Part shown: piece by piece, positions 1 to 13,349 of the stretch | Position numbering within the stretch: position 1 is the stretch's first letter | Layout of the letters: every line of letters begins with the position of its first letter | Source of the DNA: Octopus sinensis | Taxonomy: Eukaryota | Reading direction: 5' to 3' | Assembly (NCBI RefSeq): GCF_006345805.1 | Contig: NC_043006.1 | Location: 29,512,001 to 29,576,000 of the forward strand | Length of the DNA: 64,000 nucleotides | Notes under the pieces: model-generated | Databases searched by the model: none | Told to the model about the DNA's origin: nothing | What the model saw: the letters and a program-made list of their open reading frames with translations, nothing else | Position numbers and translations under genes: made by a program

Positions 1-1129
1 AAGTCTAAATTTAGTGACAGTTTTCATCTAATACTATCCAATACTGAAGAGGAGAAAAATCAAATCAGGTTACTTTTCTTTCTCGTCTTGGTTAGTTACA
101 TTTCGAATCATTTGTTATTATATTGTAAAAATAACTTTGAAAACATATCAAAATGATATGCAACAAAGTTACACTTTCTTATTCATGCATGACTCAGATT
201 GAAATGACACCAAAATGAAGAAAACAAACTTGCTTTACTATTATTAATGATTTCATATAATGATATCATTTAACGATCGTTAATATTATGAAAATAACAG
301 GGAGCAGAATAGCCTGCAAGGTTAAAAGTGTTGTTTAAGCCAAACCAGAAACTTCGAATGGAGGAAGAGGTATATTAGACAAGCTACCATTGGTTTCAAT
401 TTGGCTGAATAAAATTTCTAATTTTAATTCATCTTTAAGTAGGACATAAGCACAATCATGAAAATAACTGTTCCAACAATAAGCAAATGCTTTAATTTAT
501 GAAAAAAAAAAAAAAAAAATTGCAATCTTTCAATGAATAATTAAAACTAAAAAAAATTAAATAAATAAACTTGGTCTACAATATTTTGTTGACTTTTATT
601 TTTCTATTTTGTTTACATAGGAAAAGGGATGAGTCTGTGGCAAAAAACCCCCACTGTGTGCTAACTTAAATAATCTTTCTTGCAAACAATATTTGCACAT
701 TTTATTCCTAAATATCTTTCAAGTTTATTCACACCTACTCAACCAGATATAATTCATATCAAATGTACAGTTTTTTTCCTGCAAAAACTCCATAACCTTA
801 CAATAGATTAAATATGCATCACACAGTCTGACGTTTGAATGAATAAAAAAAAAAAAAGAATCAATCCTTCCATTGCTAGTGTAAAAATAAATGCTTGGAA
901 CAACTTGAGAGACAAAGCAAATTCAAATTAGAATATTACTCACCTAGTATTTTATTTACATAAATCACCTAGGTAACAGAATTATTGGCAAGCAATGTTG
1001 TTGTCATTAATATTATTAAAACTATCAGTGCTATAGCTGTTGTTGTTCTTGTTATATTATCAGATTGAGGAATACCATGGCTAATCCTTGACCTGGTAGT
1101 GCTACTAATGAAGGGTGTTACCAGTCGGC

Positions 1130-1810
1130 CATCAGACAGACTTGATCAAGATGCATGCAAAGTGAGAAAATTATTCTTCAGTGTCTTGGCATTGCTAACT
1201 TGTGCAGTTTATGTCAAGTGACTGCTGCCACATGTGAAATGAATCCATCTATAAACAGACAGAATCCCTTGTGATGATTTACCCCACTCTGCCCTCCTTT
1301 AATCAGGCAGGTAAGTCAGTTTTCTGTTGTCAAGTGGCTATGATAAGAAAAGGTTTTGGAATAATTGAGGCTGAAAGATATGAGGAGAGAGACATTCCCC
1401 TTTGGTATAGTCCTCATCAACTTTTTCAAGTTTCAAATGGAGAAGAAGATGCTGTCCTCAAGTGAATTTATTGAAAGGTGGAAGAAAAAGGCAAAAATGG
1501 CAAAAGTGGATGGTACCAATCTAAGTATTGAGTTGACAAGCAAGAACTGGAGAGGATAGTTGCCCTCGTTGTTCAGGGACATCTGGGATGATTGGGATCC
1601 TTGATTGACCCTAGAGATTATCTTATATCAAGAATATTCCATCACTATCACCTTTTTTTATTTATTTATTTCTGATATATACATTTTTTCTTTTGTTGAT
1701 ATATTTTGCTTTTTTAATCATTCACTATATGTAAATTTCTATGCAAATCCTCACACATTATGTCCATCTTTGTACTCCCCCTCACCTCGTCTGTCACTGG
1801 TGTGAAAATA
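1130..1810 (+). mobile_element. Degraded Tx1/L1-like LINE 3' end (ORF2 C-terminus plus T-rich 3' UTR)
   Basis: Cys-knuckle remnant near 1140-1190. Frameshifted ORFs 1271-1559 (…LINFFKF…FIERW…) resemble Tx1-type ORF2 ends, followed by a T-rich UTR. Family assignment is from recall. Confidence 0.5.
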
Positions 1811-2849
1811 TCTGCTTGAATAAGTCGTGTAACTGTACAAATCTGGAGAAGCAACAAGTTCAACTAGTTGTTGTTTAACACCAGATCTACTAAGCAGTTT
1901 CTGATCAAGGGTATTTTAGCCATGATTGTTTCTTCTCTTAACAGATATGGCATACATGAAGTATGTTATTCATCAGCTATTTCTTGCAGATCAAGCAGCC
2001 ACATAATGACCTCCTTGTAGAACTTCAAAGTGTATTTAAAAACAATGACTGATGTTAAGAAGCCTTGCTATTCTCTCGCCTGAAGTCTACAATAAATGTT
2101 TTAAGTGTAGTGAAGTATGCCTTGCTTATTGCAAATATTAATGACCTTATCTTTGGATATGTGACATCACAGTAAAGGATATTAAGAGGATCATATTGAG
2201 ACATCCTATTAGCTACTGCAAGTAGTAGAACATCTTTGTTAAGATACTGCAAGCTATCTCTATAGAAGCACTCACTAAGCTCAATGCACTAAACAGGCCA
2301 AACAAATTTCTGCTCTATCTTAAATACATGAGCCATTTGAATCCTATATACATCCAAGTGTATAAATGAACTTTCAATGAGTGATCTGATGTAGGAATAA
2401 GCAAAGCTATTGAAAAGTAACAGCAAATCTGTGAATTTCAAAAGTTAATCACTTGAAGAGTGTTGATGGAGAATGAATAAGATGGATGCTTGAATTAACT
2501 TGACATTGACTTTCACATATTATTGGTGAATGCTTTATTATTGTACATGAGAAGAAAACTTGAAGAGATTCACTCCAATGCAACCCAAATCTTTTCAAAA
2601 CAAATTTTCAAACTCCTTCAACAAAGCCCACACAAAGACAGACATACAAAATGCATGCCATGCACTTTCCATCAAAAGGAATAATTGCACTTACTAACAG
2701 CTTCAATTCCTCACATTGACATTATAAAATCACACCGGCAAACCTTATAACAATTCCAAAACAAATATCTGACCAAACATAGCATTACAGTTCCATCTCA
2801 CCACTAAGTACACACTAAAAACTAAAATGAAAGATAAACCCTAGAAAGT

Positions 2850-3100
2850 TCTATTGGATGTCCTTCCTAATACCAACCACTTTACAGAGTGTATTGGATG
2901 CTTTCTCCATGGCACCAACATTAATGGGGTTGCTATGTAGCTCAAAAGACTAAGATCCTTTTGACTGAAGTGGGGCTAAAGAAGAGATGGAAGTGGCCTT
3001 ATGCTAGAAGATGAGGGGATTAAAATATGAAAGAAAGGGACCGGAACTAGACAGGTTTCTAGCTGTGGAGGAACTACATGGCTATTTGGATGTAAAGCGA
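2850..3100 (-). mobile_element. Degraded RTE 3'-tail-containing repeat fragment
   Basis: ggatgtccttcctaataccaaccactttacagagtg is the reverse complement of the RTE tail seen at 15040-15080. Confidence 0.55.
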
Positions 3101-3879
3101 ATCTGAGGTGCTGAAGTTGAATTTGTTATACATTAACAACTCTTCAGATCTGGCAGATTTCTCTGGATTTGAATGTTAGTGTTTTTTACTGTTCCAAATT
3201 TTGCAGGATTTAGATGTATATAATTAAGATAAAAGGTAGATTGTTCTTGCTATTTTATGGGAAAACATTGAGTTTCCAGTGATCATGATAACAGATTTTG
3301 AAAAGAAGACACTCTGTTATTTCAGCAGAGTGATGGAGATTTGCCTAATAGGAAGGGTGGGAAAGGCTTGACAGGGACAAACCAAACACAGCAACCAGTT
3401 GTATGTAAACACATAAACATGATGCTCTTCAAACTTCAGTTTTACCATGATGGACAGCAAAAGATTACAGTTCTCAGTAAATAAAGGTATACACATATAT
3501 ACACATTCATATATGTTTGTAAGCAGAGTGTATATATGTTGTGTGTGATTATACATTAACATTTTTTAAAAATCTTTTGGCTAACAAGCACTTCCCAACA
3601 CTAACACATTCTCTAAGTCTCTCTCTGTCTCTGTTTCCATCAACCATAATCATCATCATTAACTTCACCAACAGCCAATATAATGACCACTCTTACTTTG
3701 ATATATTTCCCTAAACATGACGGATTCTGCATTACAATATTAATAGATGGATAACTCCTTATTTATATCAGGTCTGTGATGAATCCTAGGACTCACAATG
3801 CCAGAGCTTAACCTGATTTCTGCAGAGTATAAATAATGAGATCACAAATGGGATTATCTTCCCAGATACAGCTTGAGTG

Positions 3880-4002
3880 AGGTGGGACAATGTGAAATGA
3901 AGTGTCTGGCTCAAGAACACAACTCACTGCCTGGTCTATGAATGGAAACTAGGGTCTTACAATCACAAGTGCAACACCCTAACCACCAAGCTATGTGCCT
4001 TC
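3880..4002 (-). mobile_element. tRNA-derived SINE (family 3) head and central segment
   Basis: Reverse strand shows an A-box-like agcttggtggttag and gttcttgagccagacacttcatttcac, homologous to the SINE at 26679-26968. Confidence 0.6.
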
Positions 4003-4213
4003 ATACATTTATATATATATATATACAGGGGTTGGACAAAATAATGGAAACACCTAGCATCATAGCATCATAATTTTGAAATATCTATAAAACTGTCAAA
4101 AGGTTGTTTATTTTTGTTTTTTGATTTATCATTAGTGTTGCTTAATATGTTTTGCTAAAATTGCTGTTTCTTTTCAGATATCATCAGAAAAAAGGTAATT
4201 AAAATTCATTAAA

Positions 4214-5447
4214 ATGACAGATCTATCGAACTTTCAAAGAGGTCAAACTGTTGGTGCTCATATGGTAGGCACTAGCGAAATGCAAACAGCTGAAATGTTT
4301 GGTGTATCAAGAAATACTGGGGGTCTGAAAGGAGGAGGAAGGGAAAAGTGATAGTGTATTTTTGATGTTTCGTCGACTTTTTTATTTTTATCTAATAAAA
4401 GAACCTGTGATTTCGAAGGGTGTTCAGTCTGCGGGCGCCAAATACCCTTCCCATTTACATCATTCGCATTTGTCATTTTCATCTCATTAATGTATATGTC
4501 CAGCCTGCATTGCTTCTCTGTAAGGCCTTCATGGCCAATTTGATAAAATAAAGAAGTACTGTCTCAAAAGTAATGACAGCTTTTGAGAAAGAGGAAAAAC
4601 CTCCTTGTTGAGACAAAACTCTGGAAGAAAACCAAAACTTTCAGATAGGGATCGTTGGACTCTTACGCAAATTGTTAGAAAGGATCACAAAAGTACAGCT
4701 CCCAAAATTACTGCAGAGCTTAATGACAACCTTGAGAATCCAGTTTGCCGACAGCTGCACAAAGCCAGATTTCACAGGAGGGCAACAATCAGAAAACCAC
4801 TTCTTTCAAAAACAAACATTGCGAAGCATTTAGAGTGGAGAATTGGTCCCTAGAACAGTGGAAGAATGTTATTTTCTCAGATGAGTCATCTTTACCTTAT
4901 TTCTGACTACCAGCTGAGAATATGTGTGGAGATAGTCAAAAGAAGCAGTTGACTTTGACTGCCTTCTTCCAACTATTAAACATGGAGGAAGATCTGTGAT
5001 GATCCGGTGGGATATATCTTGGAAATCCACTGGCCCAATGGTTTCCTTCCATGGCAGATTAATAGTCAGCATTTTATCTCATCAAATTCATCCTATGGTT
5101 GTGGAACTGTTTCCAGAGGGAAACACAATCTTTCAGGATGATAATGCACCAATTCACACAGCTAAAATTGTTACTGAATGGCACAAGGAACATTCTAGCG
5201 AAGTTGAACATCTTATCTGGTCACCACAGTCCCTGGATCTCAATACTATTGAACATTTATGGTGCATTTTAGAAAAAACAAGTAAGGAGTCGATATCCTC
5301 CACCATCATCATTACAAGAACTGGAGACTGTTTTAGCTGAAGAATGGACAAAAATTCCTTTGGAAACAATTCAAACTTTGTACGAGTCCATACCTCGTAA
5401 AATTCAAGCTGTAATTACTGCCAAAGGTGGTTCCTACCCCATATTAA
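4214..5447 (+). pseudogene. Tc1 transposase pseudogene (frameshifts, stops, nested insertion)
   Basis: MTDLSNFQRGQTVGA…AEMFGVSRNT (HTH), SGRKPKLS, FSDES, FQDDNAPIH and SLDLNTIEHLW (DDE triad motifs). Confidence 0.9.
4320..4550 (+). mobile_element. 5'-truncated non-LTR retroelement 3' UTR nested in the Tc1 transposase
   Basis: Flanked by an 11-bp duplication AAGAAATACTG (4309-4319) / AAGAAGTACTG (4551-4561). Ends …ggccaatttgataaaata. The transposase frame resumes after it. Confidence 0.75.
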
Positions 5448-5521
5448 AATAAATTTGTTCGAAATTTTAAGATGTTTTCATTATTTTGTCCAACCCCTGT
5501 ATATATATATATATATATATA

Positions 5522-5559
5522 CAGGGGTTGGACAAAATAATGGAAACACCTTAAAATTT
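5522..5559 (-). mobile_element. Solo extra Tc1 right-end TIR, tail-to-tail with the element
   Basis: CAGGGGTTGGACAAAATAATGGAAACACCTTAAAATTT is the reverse complement of 5462-5499 with 2 mismatches, across a (TA)11 spacer. Confidence 0.85.
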
Positions 5560-5594
5560 ATATATATATATATACCTGTGTATGTGTGTGTGTG

Positions 5595-5631
<37 letters not shown>

Positions 5632-6648
5632 TTTTTATCCAGTTTCATCATCATCCAGTTTAGGTGTTATTGAAAAGCCAGAGTAACTCAAGTAACTCTT
5701 TCCTTCTATTATATTTGATATTGTAAAAATATGTTGAATGAATAATTATCCTGCTATAAAAGGTATTTTCAGTTTATTAGCAAAACTTCTTTCAGCTAAG
5801 AAAGAGACAAAATTATCATTGGAAAACCTTTATCACAAACACATCATTGACACAATCATTACCAACATGATCATCATCAACATAACCACAGCCTCGTCTC
5901 TGTTATTTTTTTTTGACACCAGCCTCTACATGTTGGAATGTGAGAACAGAGGTGGTGATGTTGTTGTTACCCTATTTCTTCCATTTCATGGTTTCAGGGA
6001 AACTAATCTGCACTTAAATGTTATCCAAGCCATGAATTCAGTTTGAAAATAGAATTCGCTTTCAGTAGACAGATATAGAGCAATAGGTGAATTAGAATAA
6101 AGCTTAAAAGCTTGGGAGTAGATATATTTACTAAATATGTGTGTGTGTGTGTTGTGTTATGTTATGATGCATATCAGTGGAGACTGTAAACATCAGAGAA
6201 AAACCAGTGCTCTTCAAAAAAGATCCATTGAATTACACTCGTTTCTCACAGCTGTCATTAGAAAAGCAATGAACTAGGAATCACTGATGCCATTGTTCAC
6301 AAATATGGTATAAAATGAATGTGGATAGAACAATCCTTTTCTTATGGCACTCTATTTCTATGAGAAGCACCTTTGCCCATGCTACTTTTCATTTCTTCTC
6401 CATTTAAGTCAACTGAAGCAAATAGAACCCACTATACTCCAGTTTCAACCCCAGTATACCAAAACTACAAGTTTTATCAACCACAGCAGAATGGAATTTC
6501 AAGACTGACATAACAGGCTGGATAATTAAATATAATAAACCATCTAGTCAGTTGTTATCCTTATATTTCATCATATGAGCAAGAAATCTAGCTGTTTCCA
6601 TATGATTTTTCAGAGTTTAGCTCAAAAAGACGATCCTGTAGTCAAACA

Positions 6649-7204
6649 TCTCTTATATAAAATCCATTCTGTCTGTCTGTGTGTGTGTCTTCTCGGATCT
6701 CGGGCATCCTCCATCCGATTGCGCTCAAATTTGATATGTAGATACCGACGGTATCAGGGCGTGTATAAGTCTTGAAAAAATTACAAAAATCGATTCCAGG
6801 TGAGAATGCGATCGATAAAGCCGTTTTTGTCCAGCTTTTCTTCTGTTAACCTGTACATAATTGCACCTTCCATTTTTTGTTGTTTTTGTACTGCTTAAAG
6901 GCACGTTTCTTTCCTGCTAAGCTTACTGTTTAAACCATGTTTGTGTTCTCCCAGTCAAAAGCTTCATCATTACTAGTACTTTAAACTCTTCGGTTGTATA
7001 TTTGCGTGAATAAAATCGTTTTTCTTTGGAATAGGAAAAAAAGCCTATCTTTATTTCTTCTTTTGCTAGTGTCTCAAATTTAGGTTAAATCAGTGTTTCT
7101 CAAAGGGGAGGCCTATGGGATGGTCGGACAAGTTGTTTTGAGAAAATTTGGTCTAAATGTTTGTCAACTCAGCACTGTCCATTGGACAGGGGGCGTTTTG
7201 CTGG
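6649..7204 (+). mobile_element. Non-autonomous Helitron
   Basis: A|TC start (TCTCTTATATAAAA), subterminal hairpin CTGTCC-att-GGACAG (7175-7189) 11 nt before a CTGG (CTRR) end, inserted between A and T with no TSD. Confidence 0.75.
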
Positions 7205-7381
7205 TAGCTTATAATTTCCATAAATAACCAAACTCTCAGAACCCTTTAATCCATTCTAGCATAGCCAAGTGGATGTTAATGTTAGGGATGACAAGTCAAG
7301 AGTTGTCAAAATGAAACAGTGAAACTAAAAGTGAAGATCATTCCAGACTTTAAAAAGAGGAGGAATTAAAACATAACTTAC

Positions 7382-7540
7382 TTAAGCAGATTGACAACTT
7401 CCGGGCCATTAAGTTTAAAACCTTTTATAGGTTCATCAACATAGATGGCTCCCTTCAGATAAAGAATTTCTGATGACGAATTTACAGCAATCTGTACAGA
7501 GACTTCAATTAATCCATTTCTCTGAAATATATGTGTCCAG
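7382..7540 (-). CDS. Internal exon D (159 nt, phase 2/2) of the PKD-repeat gene
   Basis: Acceptor tgtttttctcattctag| and donor AA|gtaagt. AG+C=S, then WTHIFQRNGLIEVSVQIAVNSSSEILYLKGAIYVDEPIKGFKLNGPEVVNLL. This carries the H-x-F/Y-x-x-x-G-x-x-x-V and V-x-E-P-I-x-G linker patterns of polycystin-type PKD repeats. Confidence 0.85.
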
Positions 7541-8739
7541 CTAGAATGAGAAAAACAATATGAAATTACAAGTAGAATCTAAATGCACAGAAAATACAAT
7601 TTATATTTGTAATCATTAGCCTCTTTACTTTTGTTTATATCTGATTGACAAAGAAGAACAAGTAAATTTGAATGAAAATGTTCGTCTGATTGCTATTCAA
7701 CAAATAGCATAATTTCAGCCAGTCACAGGTCATATAGTGTCCATTTGATCAATGTCACAACTGAAATGCATCTACTTTCCAACTGATTCACAAAATATAA
7801 AACCCACAACACAGAACATAAGCAAAAATATATCATTAGAATATTTGACAAATTTCTTTGATATCTAAAATTGTGACAAGAGAAATACAAATTCTCTGGA
7901 ACATTCACTTGTTTAAGAAATACCTGTACAGGAGAAACAATATATATATATACAATGGTTAGGTATCAACATTTCATAAACTGACACTTCAACTAACCTT
8001 TAAAATTAGGTGTGTGTGTGCATGCATGCATGTGTATATGTGCACTCAAAAATATAAGCTGTTTAATTCGTTGCTGCAACATGTTGGTCATGAAACCATG
8101 TGACTGCTCTGTAAACATACACTTGTAGTTTCATTTAAATCCATGTTATTCTAGCATGTATACTAGTCTCAATACACTTTACGGAACAGATTCTTAAAGG
8201 ATGGTCTCATTTGATTTGCATTAACAATGAAAAGTGGATATTTGTGTACGTGCACACACACGCGCACACACATACACACAAACTCTTTTATAAAAGACAA
8301 TTTGAAAAAAATAACCATAAATGTTAAACAGTTAAATGAGAAGCTCACAGAATATTGTAAAACTATTGATGTTGGGATTGTGATGTTGATGAAAATGTTA
8401 ATAATATCACCAAAGCTGAAAACTGTGGCTACAGCCTTGTGCACCATCTTATTAATGCCCACTTGAATAGGAAATCCAGCTTTGGAGTGACAGAGCATAT
8501 AACTATTTAAACAAACCGAATTAGGCATGGGTTTGGGTGAAGCAGGATGGAAATGGTATGTAAAAGGGTCTCCTTCACAGAAAAGGTCATTACAGTAGAT
8601 TATAAACAGATGCTTTTTCTTTCATTAATCATCAGCAGAATATTACAATTAATAGCCATTTGATGATTATTCAGAAATTAAACCCGTTTTGACTTTTAAA
8701 TTCTTTTCACCCTGCATCAAAAACTATTTTTCTCCCATT

Positions 8740-8950
8740 TATGACCATCACCAAATGTCTGTTTTCCATGCTGGCATGGGTTGGATGGTTTGACAAGGAA
8801 CTAGCAGGCTGCAGAGCTGCATCAAGCACTAATGTCATCTTTAGCATGGTTTCTATGGCCAGATGCCTATCCTAATGCCAACCACTTTACAGAGAGTACT
8901 ATGTGCTTTTTACATGCCATCAATAATAGCGAGGTTGCCATTTAGCTTAC
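8740..8950 (-). mobile_element. RTE 3' tail fragment
   Basis: ttccatgctggcatgggttggatgg…cctaatgccaaccactttacag is the reverse complement of the tails at 13040-13260 and 15040-15200. Confidence 0.7.
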
Positions 8951-9266
8951 AAGACAGAAATGCAATCACATCCTCACTCAAATATGTATACATTATAATA
9001 TTTCCACACACAAAATATTTTGATAAAGTAACATTAACATAATACAAAGAATTCTTAGCATTTCTTTAAAATCAGTTTTCCAAACTTGTTTGAATAAATC
9101 AAAGGTAACAAACTTTGAATATCACCAAAAGATGTAAATATATTTTTATTTAATAAGTGAATGTTCTTTAAGGTTTCCATGGAACAAAATATACATTATG
9201 TGAGGAACACAACAACTCTAAAGAGGATGGTGGTGGTGATGGTGTGGTGGTGGTGATGATGATGAC

Positions 9267-9299
<33 letters not shown>

Positions 9300-9914
9300 G
9301 GAGAATATTTTTGTACACAATACTTAAAACCAGAAAAGTGTAAAAACAAACAAAACGTCAATGAAAAGACGGCCAGAAGTGTGGAGCAGATCTATGTGAA
9401 ATAAAATAAAACAAAGGTAGAGAAACATATGGACACAATGTAGACTGAAATATAAAAATATCTTTATAAATGTGTGAGAATAATATGAATAGATGTACAG
9501 GAAGAATATGGGCAGCAGAGATGTGGCAAGAAGACAAAAAGGTGAGATAGACCAAGTATGGCAAGGGGTGGGAGCTAGACTGGGAGATGGACAGGAAACA
9601 AAATAATCAGCCAAATTGGCAGCAGACTATAGATGGGCTATATTTAAAAAAAAAACCAGAAACTGCAAAATTATTCACTTGTTCTGCCTTAAGTTATATA
9701 AAATTTGGAGAATAATAATATTGATTTTTCTTCTGTGGTGTTTTTTTTTTTTCTGTAGGTACAGGGCCTTACACCTATAAGGATAGGGAATGAAGTTTTG
9801 CAATACCTTTCTATTTTAGCAAATAAAATAATTTTAACCACAACTGAAAATCAGAATCTAAAGATTAGCTGTCAGGGGTCAACGTTTTATAACACTTGCA
9901 TTAGCAATAATGAT

Positions 9915-10060
9915 AATTCTTATTAAATTTGACACAAGGCCTGCAATTTTGAGAAGAGGAAGCAAGTCTGTGATATTGAACCCCAATAGATGACTAGTAC
10001 TCTATTTTATTGAGCCTGAAAAGATGAAAGGTGAAGTTGACCCCAGCGGGATTTTGACAC
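9915..10060 (-). mobile_element. SINE family 2 (Deu/Nin-domain-like) fragment
   Basis: gacacaaggcctgcaattttg…aagatgaaaggtgaagttgacc is homologous to 60038-60247. Confidence 0.65.
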
Positions 10061-11724
10061 TTCATTATTTGTGGGCGCACAACATCATTTGGATGAAGAT
10101 GGTGTGAGTCAGGTGAGATGGCACAAAGTGATCTGGGACTAAGAGAGAAAGTTCACCAGAGTACATCCAGGGAGAATAACAATAGAAAAGACATGCTGCT
10201 TTAATTATGATAGTGATAATAATAATAACAATAATAATACAAAATCCCGCTTAAATGGAAGTGTTTTCTACATGGCTAGCCAACCTGAAATTAGGAAATC
10301 ATTCGACCCAAGATAAAGCTTCTGGTCTATAAATTAATTAGAAAAAGAAGTGGGTTTGACTGGAAGAAAACAAAAAACTGAAGAGAAGAAACATGACCAA
10401 GAGAATATATTTGTCTGTACAAAAGTAAAATAGCTTTGGTTAAGAAAGAGGCATCTAGCACGAGAACAACTTTCTTGGTAGATAATGAAGGGATTTTCCA
10501 GTAAGACACTGCACAGCAGATCTATACAAGCTGCATCGACTTAAAGAAACAAAATCAATTTATAAAAAAGGTAATAAAATGGTGAAGATGGGGATAGATG
10601 CATTTATTAATGATAGGATCATGACTATTTCATTTAAGGAATATTTACATAGATAAGTGTATGCCAGGTTATAACCTCCATCATATCAATATCATGGGTT
10701 TATAAAGATTATTTCTAAGTCAACTACAGCAAAGGGAAACTTCAAAGAAAAGATATCCTTAGTTGAGATATAAAACAGAAAAATAATATCAATTTAATAG
10801 AATAAAATAAACATTTGAAATGTGAAAAACAAAAGCCATTCATTACAAATCATCTCAAATCAGGAAGGTTTTTTTAAGCTATTTCTAGTTTTAAATAATT
10901 TCCATTTTGTTCTATTACAACTAAATTCTATTAAAACTTAAATTGAAATGGTTGTGTGTGTGCTCATAGGATCAATAAACTAAAATGACCTTTCCTTCAA
11001 ATATAAAGTCAGACAATTGCCAACACACAGTGAAACAAAATACACACTATTTCATCTCTTCGATAAATATTATTTTTACATCTTTTATATTCATTATATT
11101 TTCTTTCTTTCAATACTATAATATTCTCATTGGTATATTAATACAATTTAATTTTAATCAGTTTTTTCTTCCAGTCTAATTAATTATTATGTTTATTCCT
11201 GTGTATTCAATTGCCCAGTAAATTCTCAGTAAAAGAAAAAAAATCCAATAAAAAAAAATGTATTTCAGATGTTATCTTGCTCCCAGACTAGGTCTGTCAT
11301 AGCAATTTTAAAAGCCAGACTTCATAATGAGATAGCTTAATAACTTGCAGAAACAGTGATTTAACCATATTCAGAATTGTTATTTTTTAGTAATGAAAAG
11401 TCGCTGTTACCAAGGGCATTTATTATTATTTATCATTTATATCCATTTTCACATGTTAATGTTATTAACTGGAATGGCTTTCCTACAGTTGCAGGGATTG
11501 TTTACATAGCAAAGGTTCCTCTTTGTATTGTTAATAATTTATATATTCATCATCATCAGATTATATTTACAAACAAATGAAAATTACAATGTCATGTTTG
11601 AGGTATTCACTTTGAACTTGAAAACAAAAAAAAAACAAAAAAGAAATTAAGCAATGATTGTTGTTATTTATAGAATAATGATTGCTATTAACTTCATTCA
11701 ATAAAGTTTATTCAACTAATATTG

Positions 11725-11925
11725 ATTTCTAACATTGGCAAACAACCACCAATTTGTAAAGGAAGGATATGGCTATTTCAGTTAATCTCAGAACTTGTTT
11801 TATTAACCCCAGAAAGATGAGAATCAGAGTCAACCCCTAAAGATTTTCAACTAAGAATGTTAAAGTCTCGAGTAAAACATTATAGAAATTTTGCTTGGTT
11901 TTCTATCATTTCTACCCATCCACCT
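11725..11925 (-). mobile_element. SINE family 2, degraded
   Basis: ttctaacattggca…attaaccccagaaagatgaga…gtcaacc is homologous to 60038-60247. Confidence 0.55.
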
Positions 11926-12126
11926 TCATGGCTAAAATGAATGGCAATCAACTGGATTTCAAAAACCAAAGAAAAAACTACTCTCCATAGCTTTGTGTGT
12001 AAATCATATTTTGAATTGGATGTTTTTCTAGTTGAAGGGCTTTCCTTACATTTCGAGGGGTCAATGTCCTTCCATAGGGAGAGTCATATGGAGATAGACA
12101 ATAAGAAGTGTGTGTGTGTGTGTGTA

Positions 12127-12368
12127 GGCACAGGTGTGGCTATATGGTAAGAAGTTTGCTTCCCAGCCACATGGTACCAGGTTCAGTCCTGCTCCATATA
12201 CCTTGGACAGGTGCCTTTTATTATAGTCCTGGGCCAACCAAATCTTTGAAAATAAATTTGGCAGATGGAAATTGAAAGAAGTCTGTTGTATGTATTTTTG
12301 TATGTATGTATGTATGTATGTATGTGTGTGTATGTATGTATATATATATATATATATACACACACACA
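12127..12368 (+). mobile_element. SINE family 1 5' half plus microsatellite
   Basis: GGCACAGGTGTGGCTATATGGTAAG…GGTTCAGTCC (A/B boxes), homologous to 20155-20320. Confidence 0.8.
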
Positions 12369-12384
12369 AAAACTACAGATACTT

Positions 12385-13272
12385 GGAGAATCAATTTTCT
12401 CAAATGCCCTGAAGGCTCTTGAGAGATAGTGAATAATTCCTGCTACCTAGGGGACCTAATTAGCTGTAGGGAAGGATATACAGGAAGTGGAATCGCTAGA
12501 ATAAGAATAGGATGGAGAAAATTCAGAGAGCTTTTCCTTCTAGAAGCAACAAAATGTCTCTCACACCAAGTGAAAGGCGGGTTCTATGGTGCATGTATAT
12601 GTACAGCAATGCTACATGGTAGTGAGACATGGGCCCTGAATGCAGAAGATATGCAAAGACTGGAGAGGAATGAAGCTGGTATGCTCTACTGGATGATGTG
12701 CAATGTCAGTGTACATGTGCAACAGAGCATTACTATATTGAGAGAAAAGTTGGCCACAAGAGGAATTAGATGCAATGTGTAAGAGAGAAGACTGCTGGTC
12801 TGGTCATGTGATGTGTACGGAGGTAGACAGTTGCATACTGAAGTACCAATCACTTAAAGTGGATGGAACTTGTGGAAGTGGGAGACCCACGAGGACATGA
12901 GATGAATTATTGAAAGCCAATCTCAAGACACTGAGCCTTATGAAAGAGATAGCAAAGGAGCAAGATATCTGGCACTTTGTTGTACTCAAGAAAACCCATC
13001 CACCACAACAGAATTGATACCACATAAAAAGCACTTGCACTGGTGCTTCATTAAAAGCACTGGTGCTGGTGCCACATTAAAAGTACTCAGTACACCCTGT
13101 GGATGGTTGATGTTAAGAAGGACATCTCATTGTAGAAAACATGGCAGAACAGACAATAGAGCCTGATGTGGTTCCTGGCCTTGCCAGCTCTGGTCAAACT
13201 GTCCAACTTATGCAAGCATGGAATGCAGACACTAAACAATGATGATGATGATAATGATGATGTGGATGATAA
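12385..13272 (+). mobile_element. RTE-clade LINE, 5'-truncated (ORF2 C-terminal part, 3' UTR, (GAT)n tail)
   Basis: YLGD…RIRIGWRKFREL…MLHGSETW…LERNE, then WSGHV and G-x-GRP motifs, then the conserved tail ending in (GAT)n. Confidence 0.9.
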
Positions 13273-13349
13273 TAATGTGTGTGTTTGTGTGTGTTCCACC
13301 ACTGCTTAACAACTGGTACTGGTTCATCTATGTCCCCATAGCATAGTAG

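Larger units (their letters stand above)
4026..5499 (+). mobile_element. Full-length degraded Tc1-family DNA transposon
   Basis: TIRs CAGGGGTTGGACAAAATAATG… (4026) and …CATTATTTTGTCCAACCCCTG (5499), flanked by TA within (TA)n tracts, enclosing a transposase remnant. Confidence 0.95.

Noticed and set aside
1-95. Open frame at the window start with donor-like sites on +
   Set aside because: Too short, truncated by the window edge, with no recognisable motif.
938-1035. Minus-strand donor TAG|gtgagt as the next exon after D
   Set aside because: The phase-2 entries tested hit stop codons; the next exon probably lies outside the window.
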